DNA of 64,000 bases, from contig CBDBHB010000009.1 in NCBI GenBank assembly GCA_965205505.1, positions 2,080,001 through 2,144,000 of the forward strand, read 5' to 3'. Numbering within the stretch: position 1 is the stretch's first letter; every line of letters begins with the position of its first letter. The stretch comes from Acidobacteriota bacterium. GTDB lineage: Bacteria > Acidobacteriota > UBA890 > WLXD01. Below, in pieces: positions 61,349 through 64,000 of this stretch. The translations under genes and the position numbers were made by a program. The notes under the pieces were generated by a model, which was given only the letters and a program-made list of their open reading frames with translations, was not told the DNA's origin and ran no database searches.

Positions 61349-61661
61349 TTTGGCGTTCCTCCGGCTCGGCGCTTCCCAAGTATCCGAGTCGTGCCTGAAG
61401 GCTGAGAAGCCGAGTCTTGATCGCCTCGCGCTCACGCTCCAGCTGCTGTAGTCGCTCGCTTGGGCCTCCGACATCCACGGCGATGTCGACGTGAGGCTGT
61501 GGGGGAGGAGGCCGGCCGGCGGCGTCAACACGTGCCGCAAGCCGTCGTTCGAGCTGGTCGACGCGCGCCTGAAGAGCGGCGCGCTGGTCGCGTAGCGAAC
61601 GGAGCTCGACAACCGCGACCGTGATGGCCCGTTCGAGCGGCGCATAGGGGTTCTTGCTCAT
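61335..61661 (-). CDS. Coiled-coil protein (ZapB-like)
   Basis: Heptad-rich; lies between pheT and zapA. Confidence 0.65.
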   Translation of the reverse strand: MSKNPYAPLERAITVAVVELRSLRDQRAALQARVDQLERRLAARVDAAGRPPPPQPHVDIAVDVGGPSERLQQLEREREAIKTRLLSLQARLGYLGSAEPEERQNDHR

Positions 61662-61704
61662 GGAGCGTTCCGAATCAGACGATGGGCACTGGCACCCAAC
61701 AAAA

Positions 61705-63750
61705 TCAGCGGCGCGCAGCGCCGAGGCAACGTTCAAGATGATCGACCACTCGCTCTTGGGCGGCCTCGATCTCCTCGGCAGTGAGGGTGCGGTCGTTGGC
61801 GCGATAGGTCAACCGTAAAGTCGCGGCGAGCCGCCCGTCCGGCACGTCGCCGCCGCTATAGAGGTCGAGTAGACGTAGCTCTGCCAGCGGAATCCCCTGC
61901 AGTGCGGTTACTTCTGCCACGATCGTTCCGAACGGCAGATGGTCATCGATCAGAATCGTCAGGTCTCGCTCGCCGGCCGGGTACCGGGGCAGCGGATCGA
62001 TGGAGAAATCAGTCGCCTCGTGCTCCAGCAATGCGCCGACTTCGAGCTCTGCCGCCCACACGGCGACGTCGGTACCAAGCGCCGCGGGTACTTCGGGGGC
62101 AACCTTGCCGGCGATCCCGGCGGCTAGCTCACCGATGCGAATCTCGGCTGCCGAGCCGGGCTGCAGCCCCGGTACATGGGCAGCAGACCACTCGATCCGC
62201 GGCCAGCGCATTCGGGCGCGCAGGGTTTCCAGGGTGCCCTTCAACTCTCCGAAACCACTGGAGACCTCCGGGACGGCAAAATGCGCCTCGTGAGCGGCGC
62301 CACAGGCTGCAAGTGCCAGCCGGCGGCGCTCGATTGGGGGCCCGCTGTCGCGGCCATGGAACGTTCGGCCGACTTCGAACAGCCTGACCCGGCGTGCCCC
62401 ACGATTACGATTGCGAGCTATAGCCGCGAGCAGGCCTGGCAGCATGCTAGTGCGCATTACGCCCATAGCCTCTGAGATCGGGTTTACGAGCGCCAACGGT
62501 GTCTCTCCGTCCAGGAAAGGAGTCTGTTCAGTGGCACTGGTGAACACGAAGGTCATCGCTTCCCAATAGCCGGAGGCGGCGCAGATGTCCTTGAGGCGCC
62601 GCTCGCGCCGGAGCGCTTCGCTCGCGCCGCGGGTGTCACGCCTGCGCAGCAGGGGCAGGGTGCTCGGTAGCTGATCATAGCCGTGGAAGCGCGCGATCTC
62701 CTCGATCAAATCCTCCTCGCGCGAAACGTCGATGCGACGCGGCGGCACGACGACCTCGAAATCTCCCGCGGCGTCGCTCACAGCGAACCCGAGTGCGCTC
62801 AGGATGGCGGTGACGCGGTCGGCGGAGACCTCCACCCCGAGATAGCCGCGCAGGCGCTCGGCACGAAGCACCAGACGTCGAGCTTCTGGCAACGAGCCGA
62901 CGGCGTCGATCCCCTCAGAACTGACGGTTCCTCCACCTTGTAGCGCGATCAGATGGCAGGCTCGTTGGACCGCCGCCAAGATGCCTTGCGGCGACATATC
63001 CCTTTCGAAACGGTGGCTGGCGTCGGTGTGCAAGCCGAGGCGCTTGGACATCCGACGCACCGTGACCGGGTCGAAGTAGGCGCACTCGAGCAGCACTCGC
63101 CGGGTCGACTCCGTTACGCCGGTCTTCGCGCCCCCCATCACTCCTGCGATTCCTACGGGCTGCTCGTGGTCGGCGATCACCAGGTCGTCGGAGGTGAGCT
63201 TGCGTTCGACCTCGTCCAGGGTGACAAGGCGTTCGCCATCCCGTGCCCGGCGCACAACGAGCTGGCCGTCGACGAGCTCGTCGAGGTCGTAAGCGTGCAT
63301 CGGCCGCCCAAGCTCCCACATCACGAAGTTGGTCACGTCGACGACGTTGTTGATGGGACGCAGGCCGATCGATTCAAGCCGCGCGCACATCCAGTCCGGT
63401 GACGGGCCTACCTCGACATCGACGATCACGCGGGCGGCGAAGCGCGGGCACCCGGCCGGATCCTCGACCCGCACGCTAGCGAGCGACGTGGTTGGATCCC
63501 CCGACTCGCTGACTTCATCTGACGGTTGGCGCAGGTTGGCGTCGAGCGCGATGGCGAGCTCACGAGCGAGGCCGTGGTGGTTGAGCACGTCGGGGCGGTT
63601 ACTCGGCAAATCGAGGTCGAGGCTCAGATCGTCGCCCTCGGGTCGAGCGTCGTCGACCACGAGCCCGAGCATGGAGAGTGTGGCGCATAGCGCCTGAGTC
63701 TCGTCCGGGAGGTCCGTGTAGTCGGCGATCCAGTTGCGAGAGAAGCGCAT
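61705..63750 (-). CDS. pheT: Phenylalanine--tRNA ligase beta subunit (short form, 681 aa)
   Basis: NRPD, PINNVVDVTN, DLIEEIAR, LFEVGR, RTLTAEE. Confidence 0.96.
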   Translation of the reverse strand: MRFSRNWIADYTDLPDETQALCATLSMLGLVVDDARPEGDDLSLDLDLPSNRPDVLNHHGLARELAIALDANLRQPSDEVSESGDPTTSLASVRVEDPAGCPRFAARVIVDVEVGPSPDWMCARLESIGLRPINNVVDVTNFVMWELGRPMHAYDLDELVDGQLVVRRARDGERLVTLDEVERKLTSDDLVIADHEQPVGIAGVMGGAKTGVTESTRRVLLECAYFDPVTVRRMSKRLGLHTDASHRFERDMSPQGILAAVQRACHLIALQGGGTVSSEGIDAVGSLPEARRLVLRAERLRGYLGVEVSADRVTAILSALGFAVSDAAGDFEVVVPPRRIDVSREEDLIEEIARFHGYDQLPSTLPLLRRRDTRGASEALRRERRLKDICAASGYWEAMTFVFTSATEQTPFLDGETPLALVNPISEAMGVMRTSMLPGLLAAIARNRNRGARRVRLFEVGRTFHGRDSGPPIERRRLALAACGAAHEAHFAVPEVSSGFGELKGTLETLRARMRWPRIEWSAAHVPGLQPGSAAEIRIGELAAGIAGKVAPEVPAALGTDVAVWAAELEVGALLEHEATDFSIDPLPRYPAGERDLTILIDDHLPFGTIVAEVTALQGIPLAELRLLDLYSGGDVPDGRLAATLRLTYRANDRTLTAEEIEAAQERVVDHLERCLGAARR

Positions 63751-63760
63751 CGGTCGGCGA

Positions 63761-64000
63761 CTAGGAAGCGAACTGGCGCAGGAAGCGCAGATCGTTTTCG
63801 TAGTAGTAGCGGATGTCCTCGACGCCGTAGCGCACCGCCGTGATGCGGTCGATTCCGAACCCGAACGCGAACCCCTGGTAACGGCCAGGCTCATAGCCGA
63901 CGTTCTCGAACAGAACGGGGTGCACCATTCCGGAGCCCAGTAATTCTACCCAGCCCGATCCCTTGCAGATTCGACATCCCTCGCCGCTGCACGCCGGGCA
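63761..64000 (-). CDS. pheS: Phenylalanine--tRNA ligase alpha subunit, C-terminal part
   Basis: [33 protein letters not shown]. Confidence 0.95.
   Translation of the reverse strand, partial: CPACSGEGCRICKGSGWVELLGSGMVHPVLFENVGYEPGRYQGFAFGFGIDRITAVRYGVEDIRYYYENDLRFLRQFAS

Overview
GC-rich bacterial window in two halves; gene content and order suggest Acidobacteriota (inference). Positions 1-26670 are a decaying accessory island lying downstream of the minus-strand tRNA-Lys/tRNA-Glu pair. It holds intact cargo (DUF5916 protein, soxBDAG, gltB, a double-cupin protein, a 461-aa unknown), one intact IS3 element and IS6 remnants. It also holds a broken phage/satellite module (terS/terL, Prim-Pol) and many truncated or chimeric gene fragments (three Ser/Thr kinase starts, glnA, hsdM, TPR, methyltransferase). 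Positions 27399-64000 are intact housekeeping genes (purA, hutH, tsaB, mutS, anmK, ilvE, pilT, recX, alaS, amidase, pgsA, pepA, dcd, nadK, tlyA, ispA, xseAB, ymdB, rny, 6S RNA, zapA, pheT, pheS), with CTAG-associated MITE-like elements between genes. The most unusual signals are: (1) two tandem 160-bp units at 22412-22689 with conserved pairing arms and divergent interiors of near-equal length; (2) a four-fold amplified stop/start junction that forms a chain of overlapping mini-ORFs between soxA and soxG; (3) a conserved promoter + kinase N-terminus module present three times, each joined to a different fragment. All calls come from manual reading; no searches were run.
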